Below are positions 12,501 to 23,432 of a stretch of 60,129 nt of DNA, piece after piece; position 1 is the stretch's first letter; each line of letters starts with the position of its first letter. Both the position numbers and the translations under genes were made by a program. The stretch is from Lytechinus pictus (Eukaryota), in contig NC_087252.1 of NCBI RefSeq assembly GCF_037042905.1, forward strand, positions 14,075,872-14,136,000. Direction: 5' to 3'. The notes below the pieces were generated by a model, which was given only the letters and a program-made list of their open reading frames with translations, was not told where the DNA came from and did no database searches.

Positions 12501-15500
12501 CTTAATTTCACAAAACAGTTATATGCACACCCTTGCTGGTATGCAAATGAGGAGACGATGACGTCATCCACTCACTGTTTCTTTTGTATTTAATTATATG
12601 AAATATTCTCATTTTCTCTTCATTGTCAAGTGATACAACGATTAATTCCTCCCTGAACATGTGGAATTAGCATTGTTTAATACCATATGGTTCAGTCAAG
12701 TTGATCCTTATTGTGAAATCTATAAAAAATGAAATATTCAAACAATAAAAAACAAAAGAAATAGTGAGTGATGGACATCATCGACTGACTCACCTAGTTG
12801 TGCATATCACTGTTTTGTGAAAAATAAGCGAAACTTTAAAATGTCATAACTTTCTCATTTTTCATCCGATTTTGATGACATTTTCAGCACTATGCTGGTT
12901 TGATTTTTCTCTATTTATTCAAGTCAGCATTTTCCTGGGGTGGACTTTACCTTTAAAAAGTCAAATGTCACCATTAAAAATGAATATTCTGTGCCATATT
13001 TCCAGAGCGGGCAGCGTCCTAGCTCAAATTTAAGAGGCGGGGTCGCCGGAAAATGCACTAAAAATGAGGAAATCTGTTGTTTTGTTCCGAGTTTTCAAAC
13101 GTTCTCACAAATTTAGGATCGTATCTTCAAAATAACTCTATCACATAGAATTTGCACAGAAGTCAAGTTGATGGCATGCTAGCATCGGGCCTTCAATCGA
13201 CATGGGGTCCAAGTGTGAACAACCAAGCAATTATTTTGGGGTCTAAAAGACGATACAACTTTTTTTTGCTTAATTTCACGGTTGAATAAACACAGTCAAA
13301 ATTTACTGTAATTTGATTTTTTACACATTTGAGAGTATCTTCAACAATATTCATCATTTCACGGTTCAATGAACATTCAATGAAAACAAACATGATTTTC
13401 AAATATCATTGGCAAGTATTGTTCCAATTTGGTAACTGAAATAATCTTTTCTCAACCTTTTTCGTTATGTTCATGACCAATTAACATGCTTCAATGATTC
13501 AAAGGCATTTAATTAAACATTCACGCTTGAATGAATATGTGGAATGTAAATTAGCTCTTTTTTACGTTATTGGAAAAAAATGCAATTGCTAACTATGGAT
13601 ATCTGTCACAAACCTTCTTGCATAGTTCATTTGATTTGATTTTTATGAAAATCCTGATGTTTAATGCTTCAGTGAGCACACAGGATTAAAAAATTATGCA
13701 AATGAGAAGAAAGTTCAAGGCCTTGGCCCCATTCTGTGCCGTATCGAATTGTTATTTTGGTGTACGTGCACGCCTTTTGCTTAGTCTCACACTGAAGCCA
13801 TGTGCGAAGTTTCATGAAAAAACTGTTCGCAGAAGTAACAAAAACCGTCCATGAAACAAACCCTTATTTCACTTTTGTTGAAATTCTGACTTCCTCTCTA
13901 ATAGACATTGTGTACACTATGGGTGCATATATGTTTAGGAATAAGTAACCCCTTATTCAATGTGGTGGAACTTTTTTTCAAAGGTGAAAATGAAATCGAT
14001 TTGTTTATTTATGGATGAATGAGCACGCATCAAAGGGGGGAAAGGGGCATTTTCAATGTCACAGACCCATTTTGAGGGGTTATGAAGTGAATACTGGGGG
14101 CAAAAAATTTGGTTTAAAATGTTACTTAATTGCTAATGTTTTTATCATTCATCATTTTTGTCACAACGCACTTTCCAAATTTTCACACTTTCATGGTTGA
14201 GCGACCACTCGAAAACTTAGGAATCGATACTCTTTTTACTGCATAAATGCATTCTTTTCCTAACTCTTTTTTACTGCATAAATGTATTGTTTTCCTAACA
14301 ATTTTTTTTCTTGTTTCTTCATGGTTTCATGAATTTCTTATGTATTTCTATTTTTTATTTTTTTCATATTTTTCCATCCATGACGGCTCGATCGCCGTCA
14401 GCTACAGCACCAGCGGATTGGCTGGCACGTTCGTACGCTCAGCTGTAGCTGCGCTGATGGCAATCTAGGGATCAAAGAAAAACCTTGCTGACCCTGATCT
14501 GTTTATTATCAAAATTCGCTATTTTCTGGCATATTTTTCCGAAAGGTAGTAAGCTGAATGTAATAAATATAAAATTATCTTTATTTTAGCGCACTTTTTT
14601 CTCCATAGACGCTGTACATGTAGTTAAGCAGTGGTTATTTGCCCCACAATTTTGAGCACAATGGCCATCATCAGTCTATTGACGAAGGGGATGCCGCGGA
14701 GCCAGACGAAGTCTCAGCGGAGCATACCCCTGACAGAAATAGACCTATTTATCGGTCTAGATCCTCCTACCTAGCTTAGCTACCATATTTTTACTTTTAT
14801 ATTTTATGACAAAGATAAGTCATTAACATTCAACATTCTATTTTTACCACAGAAATAAATACGATATTTATTTGATTCAAATATTGTTCTTTTGTTTTGG
14901 TCTAGCTCAGGGGCGGCGGAATGTATTTTCGTTTCGGGGGGGGGGGGGGCAAAGGCAAAAAGGGCACTTATTTGCCCAAAAGGGCCTTTTGATGCAAACG
15001 GATATTTTATAAATCGCTCCAATACATTATTTGATGCATGTTTTGGATTCCTCTCTAAATTTCCTCTTGAATGGTACCAGTTTCATGAAAATTGGTCAAG
15101 ACGTTACGATGCAACGGCCATTGAAAGTTGAAGGTCACGCCCATTTTTGTCAATGTACATATGTCCCATCCACTAATTTAAAAAGTGTTTCTCTAAAACC
15201 CTCTTCTTTTGTTCTCTTTTCCTTTATTTTTCTTCTCACTTCCAGTTGGAACTTGAATTCCAACCTCTCACTGCAGAACAAGCCATCTCCAGTCTGTCGC
15301 CTATACTCACTGAGCTAGCAGGAATTGTTGAAAGCCATGGGTTTCATAACATTTATCAACCAATATTACGACTAGTCTACTCTCGAAGAGTATTGGGTAT
15401 TCATTTTTCTGACTAAATAAACCGATGCCATTGGGAATAGCACACTCGAGATTTTAACACAATAAAGCCATATTTTGGTATATATCCAACTTTTCCTTCC

Positions 15501-18500
15501 TAAATCTCTTAGATATATGTTAGATAATTCTTGATTAACCTATATTTTCTTTTTTCAATTTTGGTGGAGGGGACATATCACATATGGAAGTCTTGCCACA
15601 AGGAGAAAGGGCGGGCCGTAGCGCAAGAACCGACGGACCGATTGGACTAATTTTTGTTGTCTTGTGCTTGGGCCATGTGTACCATATTACAACAAAAACT
15701 GAGAGGGTCGGCAGTAGAGGCGCACGGCCAATATGGGAGACAATCTCCCATATTGGAGAGAGGCACATTTCAATGAAATGTGCCTTTTTTCAAAATGAAA
15801 TAGGGCCTAACTCAGGCCCTAACCACTCATACGTATTGCGAGGTTAGTATGCTATACTAACCTCGCACTACGAAGTACGAACGTGTTTGCGCTATGCCTA
15901 TGGACATGATGGATCTTTAAGTTTGAGTTGTTCATTTTGAAAAAGGGCACAATTCATTTTGAAAAAAGGGCATTTCCCATTTTTGACAAAAAGTAGGTAT
16001 GTGACAAAAAAAATGAAAATCATCAAATATGAATAAATTTGGTATCACTTGAAAGCTCTTAAAAAGACCTTTAAAATGATACCAAGAACTTTAATTTTCA
16101 TCAAGAAATTAGAAAGTTATTCCAGTTTAAGTTGCGCATATTCATCCAAATTTGTGGTCATTGTCTTAATGTAAAGTCAATGGAGTACAGAACCCATTTT
16201 TGTGACCATTTTGTGACCATTTTGAACCCAAGTCTTCAACAGGTTCTAACTTCTTTGTTTTTGAGTCCTATGAAGTAATTTAGGTATCAATGGAAAGGTG
16301 AGAGAATGCTCAATTGATGTGTATCAATTCATCTTGTAATTTTTCTTATTATGTGTAAAATAATTTCTTCTAATTAATTCTAATTAATTATGCAAATAAC
16401 ACAAAATCACAATTACTCGCCTCTTTTTTTGCCAAATGAAGGTGATTATGATAGATAATTCATATAATTTAGTTGGCATCAAGACAGCATCATGTACATA
16501 ATTTCCTAAATGAATTTGTCTAAAGTTTTGTTTTTGTAATTTCTAATGTATTTCTTTGTTTTTCTGATATAAATTACAAGCTCTTTTTCAACTTAGTATT
16601 GTAATTTTGTATATGTGTATGTACGGGGGTCCTTTTTTACATATAAAACATTTTCTTTTGTACTTTGTATGACCAAATAAAAATATGTGTGCTTTTTTCT
16701 GATGATTTTGATTGTTTCACCAATTCCTTATGTATTCTATTGTTTCAACAGTTTGTTATAATATGTAGCTTTTGATTTGAGAGACAATGGACATGTGATT
16801 ACATTTTTTTAGAAGGAATGAGCAGCTGAGTGTAAAATATGTATGTAGAATTGTATGCAATTTATTTCAAGTATCAAAAATTAAGTTTTAATATATTCTA
16901 TCAGTTGTCAATGTCTTATATTTGTATACATACATTGTATTACTAAGGCCCTGTTTGAGCTCTCTTTTTAAAGAAAAATAAATAAATTCAAATTATTAGT
17001 CGAAGCCAAAAGAAAAGGAAAAGAGTGGTCTATTTCTTTCAAAACAAAACAAAAAACAACCAGGAAAAATATACAACAAAGCTCTAAACCACAACAAAAC
17101 AGACATCAAAGCTCCAAACAAGCACTAAAAACAAGAGAAACAAAAGTGACACAAAAACTTGTACCAATCCCATCCCCATTTTCCAATTCAAAACACAACC
17201 CCCACCTGCGCCCCTAAAAAGAGAAAAGTGAATAAAAAAATAAATAGTAAAATTAATAATAAAGAAAACATAAATACATGACTTAGACCCATCTGGAAAT
17301 GAAATATTCTTTCCTCTGAGTTTTCATGTATTTTCTTACAAGAGTGAAAAAAATTACAACAAAAAAATAAACAACATCTAGTTCGTGCATTTTAATAAAA
17401 AAAAATCAACATTTAAGATATTCTCCTTTCAAAAGCAAATCCAGTCTCCAAATAATGAAATATGACCCCCAAAAAATGAAAAAATAAACAATACAATAAT
17501 TTAAAAAAGAAACTTTAAAAAATATATAAAAAAAGAAACTGAAAAATTAACAATTTTTGCATTTTAATTAAAAAGTCAACATTTATGATATTCCCCTTTC
17601 AAAAGCAAATTCAGTCTCAAAATAATGAAACATGATTGAAAAGTTTCAAATTATTTTTTTTTCTACAAAAGAAAAAAAAGAAACACTATAGATTTTGCAT
17701 TTTAATTTAATAAGTCAACATTAATATTCCACTTCCAAAAGAATCCAGTTTCCAAATGATAAAACATGATTGAACAATCAAAGTAAAACATGTTGACTCT
17801 ATAACCTTAGGAGGAAAGAATGTTTTTGTGACAAAATGTATATATTTAAATCAATATCAGAATAACAATCTACGGTATAATGACATACATTTTCAGAAAA
17901 AGGCACAATATTATCAAGTAAACAATTTAGATCCAGTTCAATCCAGCATGAACGACTCACCATCGACCGCTCCCGTCACCAAGCCCTCCGCATCGGGTAC
18001 CGGTAGCTCGACTGCCGAAAATTAAATTGTTAAGTTTTGAATCTTCACTCTGCTATGGCTAGTCACCTTGCTATTCTCCTTCTTCTGAGCGGCCAAGTTG
18101 AGACAAATCCAGGACCTGCAGACACATTCCCTTGTGAGTTTTGTAACAGAAATGTCACGGACAATGACCATGCCCTCCTCTGTGACAACTGCAATATGTG
18201 GTGTCATATTGCATGCATTGGCATCACTGAGCAGTCATATGAAGTCCTTTCTAGGTTTAACAGTTTCTCTTGGGTCTGTGCTAAATGTGAAAGTGTTAAT
18301 GTAGAATTAACAGCTACGATCAGCAAATCCGATCTCTTCACAAGTAATCGTTTTGAGTTATTGAGTACTAGTGACACATCTAGTGATGCTTCATACCATC
18401 TGCAGACATCTACTCCAACCTCAGGTCATGCGCCGAGGCTTCCACCTCGGCTTAACTTTTCACCCTCTAAAAACCGCAGAAAGATCCTGAAGGGTATGAT

Positions 18501-21500
18501 AATCAACTGCAACGGCCTCAAAAGCCCTGCCAAGTACACTCAGTTCCAAGCCACAATCAATCATCACAAACCAGATGTAATTCTTGGCTGCGAATCCAAG
18601 CTTGATGAAGCAACTTCTACATATAGTGTATTCCCATGCAACTACACAGTATTTAGAAAGGATCGAAATGAACATGGGGGTGGTGTTTTCATAGCAGTCC
18701 ATGAGTCTCTCATATTATCCAGCTGCCCTGAATTTGACTCTCAAAGTGAAATCATTTGGTGTAATTTGCAGTTCACAAATGCAAAGCCTCTTTTCATCGC
18801 AAGTTTCTATCGTCCTCCAACAAATGGAAGGTGGGATCTTGAGGAACTCCAACTCTCTATATCTAAGGTGGTTTCCAAACACAGGAGAAGTCATCCTAAT
18901 ATCATCATTGGAGGAGACTTCAACCTTCCGGATATTGATTGGGAATCCTGCATATTGAGCAGTATGAGCCGTGCAAGCATCCACCAGCTCCTGCTCGACA
19001 CCCTTTTGGAATTTTCACTGGTACAACTTGTTATGGATGTAACCCGCCCTGCATCGGGTAACACCCTGGATCTTCTCCTGACATCTAACCCAAGCCTTAT
19101 TACAGATGTACAAGTACTTCCAGGCATATCTGACCACAATGTTGTATCTTTTGTCTTCTCGGGTAACCCTAAGACAGGCCGCACCCCTTCCAGGAAGATT
19201 TACCAATTCCACAGAGCAGATGAGGAAGACATCAAAGATGCTGTTGCAAAGTTCTCTTCAGATTTCCTCCTTTCAAATCCAGAGCTTGAATCTGTTGATG
19301 GGAACTGGAAGAAGATAGCTGTCTTCCTCAAGAAATGCATGGAAGATCTGATACCATCCAAGTTCAGCAAGTCCCGAAGACACCTTCCATGGATAACCAC
19401 TGACCTGAAAAGGAAAATGAGGAAACGGGACAGGCTCTTCAAGAAAGCCCGTAGGGGCCCTAGTACGTTAAGATGGAAGGCCTACAGACAGCACCGAAAT
19501 ATGGTTGCTAAGCTTGTTCACCAGGCACACCACAACTATGTGAATAACATCATAGGAGACAGCCTACAAGAAAATCCTAAGATGTTCTGGTCCTACGTCA
19601 AATGCTGCAGGTCTGAAAACATCAGCATTCCATCTCTGAAATCTGACAGGGGTATCCACATGACTAGCAAAGACAAAGCGGAGTGCCTAAATGCTTACTT
19701 TCACTCTGTCTTCACAAACCAACAGGCTTGTCACACATCTGTGGAAGGTTCTATGCACTATCCTGACATTGGACATTTGCATGTTCATCGCACTGGTGTG
19801 GCTAAACAACTGTCAGGTCTCAACCCGTCCAAAGCCTGTGGACCGGATGAGATTCCTCCTAAGCTACTTAAACTTGTAGCCATTGAAATCTCGCCGGCTC
19901 TTGGGTTCCTGTTCCAACAGAGCTACAATACAGGTACTGTTCCAACAGAATGGAAGTCTGCCTTGGTGACCCCCATTCACAAGTCGGGTGATAAATGCGA
20001 CCCAGGAAATTACAGGCCGATTTCCCTGACTTGCATCTGCAGTAAGTTAATGGAACACTTAGTACTTAGTCACATCTCAAAGCATGTAGCTGCAAACAAC
20101 ATCCTAGTAGATGAACAACATGGGTTTAGGCAGAAGTTGTCTACAACTACCCAACTCATCTCAGCCACTCATGACTGGGCACACACCCTACAACGCAGAG
20201 GCCAGACGGATATCATATTTCTTGATTTCAAGAAAGCCTTTGACCGAGTACCTCACTGCCATCTGCAAACAAAGCTAGCATACTATGGCATCAAAGGAGA
20301 CACTCAAAACTGGATCATGTCACTACTCACCAACCGACAACAAGCAGTTGTTGTTCAGGGATCACGGTCATCTTGGATGCCAGTGACATCTGGGGTGCCT
20401 CAAGGATCAGTGATCGGCCCTGCCCTTTTCTTGCTTTACATCAACGACATCACTGCAAATATCCAGTCCAAGATGCGCCTCTTTGCAGACGACAGTGTGA
20501 TATACCGAGATATCAACACAGCACATGATGTCTCCATCCTGCAGCAAGATCTTCAAACCCTATCAGATTGGTCAGCAAAGTGGCTTATGGCTTTTAATGT
20601 CAAGAAGTGTGCTTCCCTTACCATTACTAGGAAGCGAGCTCCCATACAACACAACTACAGGCTTTCCAATGAGGTAATAGCAAAGGTCGACCAATACAAA
20701 TACCTCGGAGTCACCATCTCCAAAGACCTCCGATGGAATACGCACTGTCAACTTATTGCGAACAAGGCCAGCAAAACCCTTGGGTTGCTGAGAAGAACTC
20801 TCTCACCTTGTTCTGAAAAGGCCAAATCAAATGCGTATATGGCCTTGGTTCGACCGCAGCTTGAGTATGGTGCTGAAGCCTGGAATCCCCACACCTCTAC
20901 TACGGCTGCAAGCCTGGAAAGGGTACAGAAAACAGCTGCTCGCTTTGTGACCCGCGACTATAGAAAATCTACATCAGCCTCAGGACTTGTCTCAAATTTG
21001 GGATGGGACCAGCTGCACACACGTCGTATCCTTGCACAAAGCACCATGCTCTATCAGATATACCACCAGTTTGTGAATATCCAGCTTCCACACTTCATAA
21101 CCCAGGCTCCATACATCAGTAGAAGAGATCATATGCTAAAACTCTCTGTACCACAAGCAACGATTGATGCATACAAATTTTCATATTATCCCCGTACCAT
21201 TCGTATCTGGAACCATCTACCAGCTAAAGCAGTTACTGCCCCATCAGTTGCTGTCTTCCGGGGGGCTGCCCTTCCTGTCATCAGAGGGTTAAAGCCTCAT
21301 GTAGGTTCCAGGATGCTGTAAGCACTAGGAGCATGATTTTTACTTGCACTTCACCAATTTTATTGTAAATAGAATTCCAACAAAATTGTCTGCACCATCA
21401 CCTTCTGTCACACTCACAGCACATCCCATCCCAGTTTAGCTTGGAAGAGCTGCTTAAGGGATTATTCCTTCAAGGTTCAAGGGAGCCCACCGCATCGGGT

Positions 21501-22372
21501 AGCTCGACTGCCAAGAGACCGGCTGTGACAAGGGTAGCTCGCTTCTCTTATATCTGGACAGCTCAACGATAGAATCTTTTAATTTAATTTTAATTTTTTT
21601 GTTGATTTGAATATATTCTATAACAATTCAGATACATAATTGGATCGTAGTTCTACTTACCATTAAAAAATTTCGATCATTTGCGCATCCAAAAATTTGA
21701 TGAACTTTCAAGCTCCGATATCCACACTTCAAATCACAGGCGAGTATCCACATTGAAACTTATATGTACAGAAAGAGCACATTTTCAACTGTCTGTATCA
21801 AGGCACGAGATTGCATCAACTATGTGCGCATGCGCATGAAACCCCATTTTTGATGAGCCTCCCAGACAGAGGCGATGCCACTTGCAGCGAAACCCGCGCG
21901 AAAACCGTGCAGCCAAAACCAGCGCTCGCGATGCGCCCGTATTCGCACATACCTACATTGCTACAAAAAGGGAATTTTTTCCTACTACAGTCTACAGGGA
22001 ATATTTTGGGGGGCACTTGCCCCCCCCCCCCCTTTCCCACCCCCAGTTCCGCTGCCCCTGGTCTAGCTCATGATTATGCTTAGGCCTAGATCTAAGTGTC
22101 CTGGCACGTCTTTATACTCTTATTTATTTGGGGCAACAAGACCTCCCACGAAAACGAACGAATGGGACCGTGCAAAAAAAATTAATGCAAGCTGATTCGT
22201 TGAAATTCTCCAACAGTACCCCATACTTACTGCCATCCTTTTGAGATCTTGCAGCTATCCAGTGTCTCAATCGTTTGATTGCCCTGTCACGTATTTTCTT
22301 TTCATTTGAAGCAAGTCTCTGAGCAAAATGAATTTCGACGCTGTGCGGCGATTGTCCACATGGCGCTGCCAT
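362..22372 (-). CDS. RRP1B: Ribosomal RNA processing protein 1 homolog (RRP1/Nop52 family, RRP1B-like); complete 12-exon gene, ~744 aa
   Basis: Hand-spliced GT-AG exons with consistent phases: 22231-22372, 11831-11968, 10386-10471, 9633-9694, 8791-8923, 8168-8232, 6181-6314, 5408-5550, 4413-4510, 2122-3085, 1225-1303, 362-552 (sum 2235 nt = 745 codons). Nop52 motifs [46 protein letters not shown]-terminus RRPKATDFF resembles vertebrate RRP1B RPRAMDFF. Confidence 0.93.
1225..1303 (-). CDS. RRP1B: RRP1B exon 11 ([26 protein letters not shown])
   Basis: Resembles the KKVTFGLNRN block of vertebrate RRP1B; TAG/GTGAG borders. Confidence 0.82.
2122..3085 (-). CDS. RRP1B: RRP1B exon 10, large K/E-rich low-complexity exon
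   Basis: Starts [10 protein letters not shown] (family LxxGxFP); open 964 nt; CAG/GTGAG borders. Confidence 0.9.
3612..3989. mobile_element. MITE
   Basis: TIRs CAGGGTTCCCAGCTT / AAGCTGGGAATCCTG; TSD not resolved. Confidence 0.7.
4413..4510 (-). CDS. RRP1B: RRP1B exon 9 ([32 protein letters not shown])
   Basis: Conserved FDYxxxAxxLFxxAS..NRK..Y motif; CAG/GTAAG borders. Confidence 0.92.
5408..5550 (-). CDS. RRP1B: RRP1B exon 8 (basic then acidic tract, ...[12 protein letters not shown])
   Basis: CAG/GTAAT borders, phase 1 to 0. Confidence 0.85.
5726..5881 (+). repeat. Near-perfect ~79-bp tandem duplication
   Basis: TCAACAGCACTCAAAG...GCTTGCGAAAA twice. Confidence 0.93.
6181..6314 (-). CDS. 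RRP1B: RRP1B exon 7 ([31 protein letters not shown]...)
   Basis: End of Nop52 domain plus acidic tract; CAG/GTGAG borders. Confidence 0.88.
7040..7340 (+). mobile_element. Penelope-like element 3' fragment (end of GIY-YIG domain plus downstream pLTR-like sequence)
   Basis: [36 protein letters not shown] is typical of the PLE ORF C-terminus. Confidence 0.78.
7803..7865 (+). mobile_element. Degenerate tRNA-like SINE head
   Basis: TCAGTTGGTAGAGC ... GGGTTCAAATCC boxes; no intact acceptor stem. Confidence 0.55.
8168..8232 (-). CDS. RRP1B: RRP1B exon 6 ([21 protein letters not shown])
   Basis: CAG/GTAAG borders; aligns by eye to Nop52 LTxxQxxxFxxPF. Confidence 0.87.
8410..8760 (+). mobile_element. 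Decayed CR1/Crack/L2 RT C-terminal fragment
   Basis: WG..LQKRALR..PLF..LKIFDI, similar to the 27480-27660 peptide. Confidence 0.72.
8791..8923 (-). CDS. RRP1B: RRP1B exon 5 ([44 protein letters not shown])
   Basis: [14 protein letters not shown] Nop52 motif; TAG/GTAAG borders. Confidence 0.9.
9000..9245 (+). repeat. Imperfect (GAT)n microsatellite
   Basis: Direct reading. Confidence 0.95.
9633..9694 (-). CDS. RRP1B: RRP1B exon 4 ([20 protein letters not shown])
   Basis: CAG/GTAAG borders, phase 0 to 2, family-like sequence. Confidence 0.88.
10386..10471 (-). CDS. RRP1B: RRP1B exon 3 ([28 protein letters not shown])
   Basis: Matches REWxGIDxLRxDK motif; phase fits neighbours. Confidence 0.93.
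10815..11226. mobile_element. MITE (possibly PIF/Harbinger-type)
   Basis: TIRs TATGCTTTTCACACTGCA / TGCAGTGTTAAAAGCATA. Confidence 0.65.
11831..11968 (-). CDS. RRP1B: RRP1B exon 2 ([40 protein letters not shown])
   Basis: Hallmark [10 protein letters not shown] motif; AG/GT borders. Confidence 0.95.
12381..12952. mobile_element. Kolobok-like MITE, same family as 30158-30750 (left end clipped)
   Basis: Colinear similarity; right end GGGGTGGACTTTACCT|TTAA. Confidence 0.78.
18020..21482 (+). mobile_element. CR1-group non-LTR retrotransposon, probably 5'-truncated, in RRP1B intron 1 (antisense to host)
   Basis: Borders defined against the empty paralogous site at ~36660-36675; 3' tail (TTCAAGG)2; no TSD, about 9 bp of target lost. 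Confidence 0.9.
18055..21321 (+). CDS. LINE ORF2 polyprotein, intact (~1088 aa from Met 18055): 2A-like peptide, PHD finger, APE endonuclease, reverse transcriptase
   Basis: [17 protein letters not shown] CxxC..CxxC..HxxC..Cxx[49 protein letters not shown]. Confidence 0.93.
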   Translation: MASHLAILLLLSGQVETNPGPADTFPCEFCNRNVTDNDHALLCDNCNMWCHIACIGITEQSYEVLSRFNSFSWVCAKCESVNVELTATISKSDLFTSNRFELLSTSDTSSDASYHLQTSTPTSGHAPRLPPRLNFSPSKNRRKILKGMIINCNGLKSPAKYTQFQATINHHKPDVILGCESKLDEATSTYSVFPCNYTVFRKDRNEHGGGVFIAVHESLILSSCPEFDSQSEIIWCNLQFTNAKPLFIASFYRPPTNGRWDLEELQLSISKVVSKHRRSHPNIIIGGDFNLPDIDWESCILSSMSRASIHQLLLDTLLEFSLVQLVMDVTRPASGNTLDLLLTSNPSLITDVQVLPGISDHNVVSFVFSGNPKTGRTPSRKIYQFHRADEEDIKDAVAKFSSDFLLSNPELESVDGNWKKIAVFLKKCMEDLIPSKFSKSRRHLPWITTDLKRKMRKRDRLFKKARRGPSTLRWKAYRQHRNMVAKLVHQAHHNYVNNIIGDSLQENPKMFWSYVKCCRSENISIPSLKSDRGIHMTSKDKAECLNAYFHSVFTNQQACHTSVEGSMHYPDIGHLHVHRTGVAKQLSGLNPSKACGPDEIPPKLLKLVAIEISPALGFLFQQSYNTGTVPTEWKSALVTPIHKSGDKCDPGNYRPISLTCICSKLMEHLVLSHISKHVAANNILVDEQHGFRQKLSTTTQLISATHDWAHTLQRRGQTDIIFLDFKKAFDRVPHCHLQTKLAYYGIKGDTQNWIMSLLTNRQQAVVVQGSRSSWMPVTSGVPQGSVIGPALFLLYINDITANIQSKMRLFADDSVIYRDINTAHDVSILQQDLQTLSDWSAKWLMAFNVKKCASLTITRKRAPIQHNYRLSNEVIAKVDQYKYLGVTISKDLRWNTHCQLIANKASKTLGLLRRTLSPCSEKAKSNAYMALVRPQLEYGAEAWNPHTSTTAASLERVQKTAARFVTRDYRKSTSASGLVSNLGWDQLHTRRILAQSTMLYQIYHQFVNIQLPHFITQAPYISRRDHMLKLSVPQATIDAYKFSYYPRTIRIWNHLPAKAVTAPSVAVFRGAALPVIRGLKPHVGSRML
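22231..22372 (-). CDS. RRP1B: RRP1B coding exon 1 ([47 protein letters not shown])
   Basis: ATG in AAGATGGC context, Nop52 N-terminal motif, GTAAG donor. Confidence 0.93.
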
Positions 22373-22440
22373 CTTTGATCACGTAGTTTACATTACAGGA
22401 GCATGGGTGTAGTCTTCGGGTACAGACCTTCGGTTTTCGC
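22365..22440 (-). promoter_or_regulatory. RRP1B proximal promoter: YY1-like AAGATGGC over the ATG, weak ZNF143/Staf-like ACTACACCCATG
   Basis: Minus-strand reading of 22365-22415. Confidence 0.45.
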
Positions 22441-23432
22441 ATACTAGTATTCATAATTTTATTTTTTTTAGTAGAAGAAAAAAGAGAAGAAGTGTAATGA
22501 TTTGCTGATAACATCATAACAGACATGGGTGTCGATCACGGGGGGGATGGGGGGATATATCCCCCCCAATATTTCAAGTGGGGGGGATGGCCTGTATTAT
22601 CATCCCCCCCCCCCCAATAATTTAGGGTAGAAAATTTATAATAATGATGATGAAAAAATGAAAAGTTTGATCATGATCGATGATTATAGTGATGATTATA
22701 GTATGCCATCAATCCTTTTGTTTCCCTCGCAATTTGTGTATATTGTTATTAAATAAAAACATTCTTTTCCAGGACTTAACAGATGGGTGGAGGTTCAAGA
22801 TGAAAATGAATGAAATGTTTATGTATATGATATTTTTTAACACATGACATAAAAGGACCCCGACGAAAAACAACTTTTGTTAATAGGGTGTTCCATCCCA
22901 CCAGTGGTAATATGATCATATTTTAACAATTTTTTAATAATTGAAATCAATTAATGGTTTCAAAAAGAATAATCATTCATTTCTCTCTAAAGCGTATCTT
23001 CGGATATGAACATCGGATGTTTTTTTCATGTTATTCTTGTTGTTGTTATGGATTTGAATAACTAAACTTGATTGATTTTTTCTTATTTTGGCAAAAAGAA
23101 ATAGACAGCGGATAGATAGACGTGATGTGACGTGGTCTTGGCGTCCTGAGATTATTGCCAAGATTTGCAAGAAGATACTGATTTCTTTTCTATTTTTTAT
23201 GACTTGACTTAATTGTGATTGTAAACACCTATGTTTTCGTGATGTAATTGCCACAAAATTTTCGTTATTGGACTGATCTGGAGGGAGAAACAGCAAATCT
23301 GCATTGCCGAACGATCAGCATTTGAACGTAACTATATATATTCTCTCAGTCCCATATGTACTTTTGATCGTCACATATATCCGTGTGTATACTGTTCCCG
23401 CCTAAGCCTTACGTTCGCTTCGGTGTCCGATC

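Larger units (their letters stand above)
15994..21955. mobile_element. ~2.5-kb non-coding TIR element, copy A (interrupted by the CR1-group LINE)
   Basis: Termini TAGGTATGTG / CACATACCTA; colinear with copy B at 31633-41468; superfamily unresolved. Confidence 0.8.
14908..22060. mobile_element. Non-autonomous hAT-type DNA transposon carrying nested insertions
   Basis: TIRs CAGGGGCGGCGGAA / TTCCGCTGCCCCTG; perfect 8-bp TSD GTCTAGCT at 14900-14907 and 22061-22068. Confidence 0.88.
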
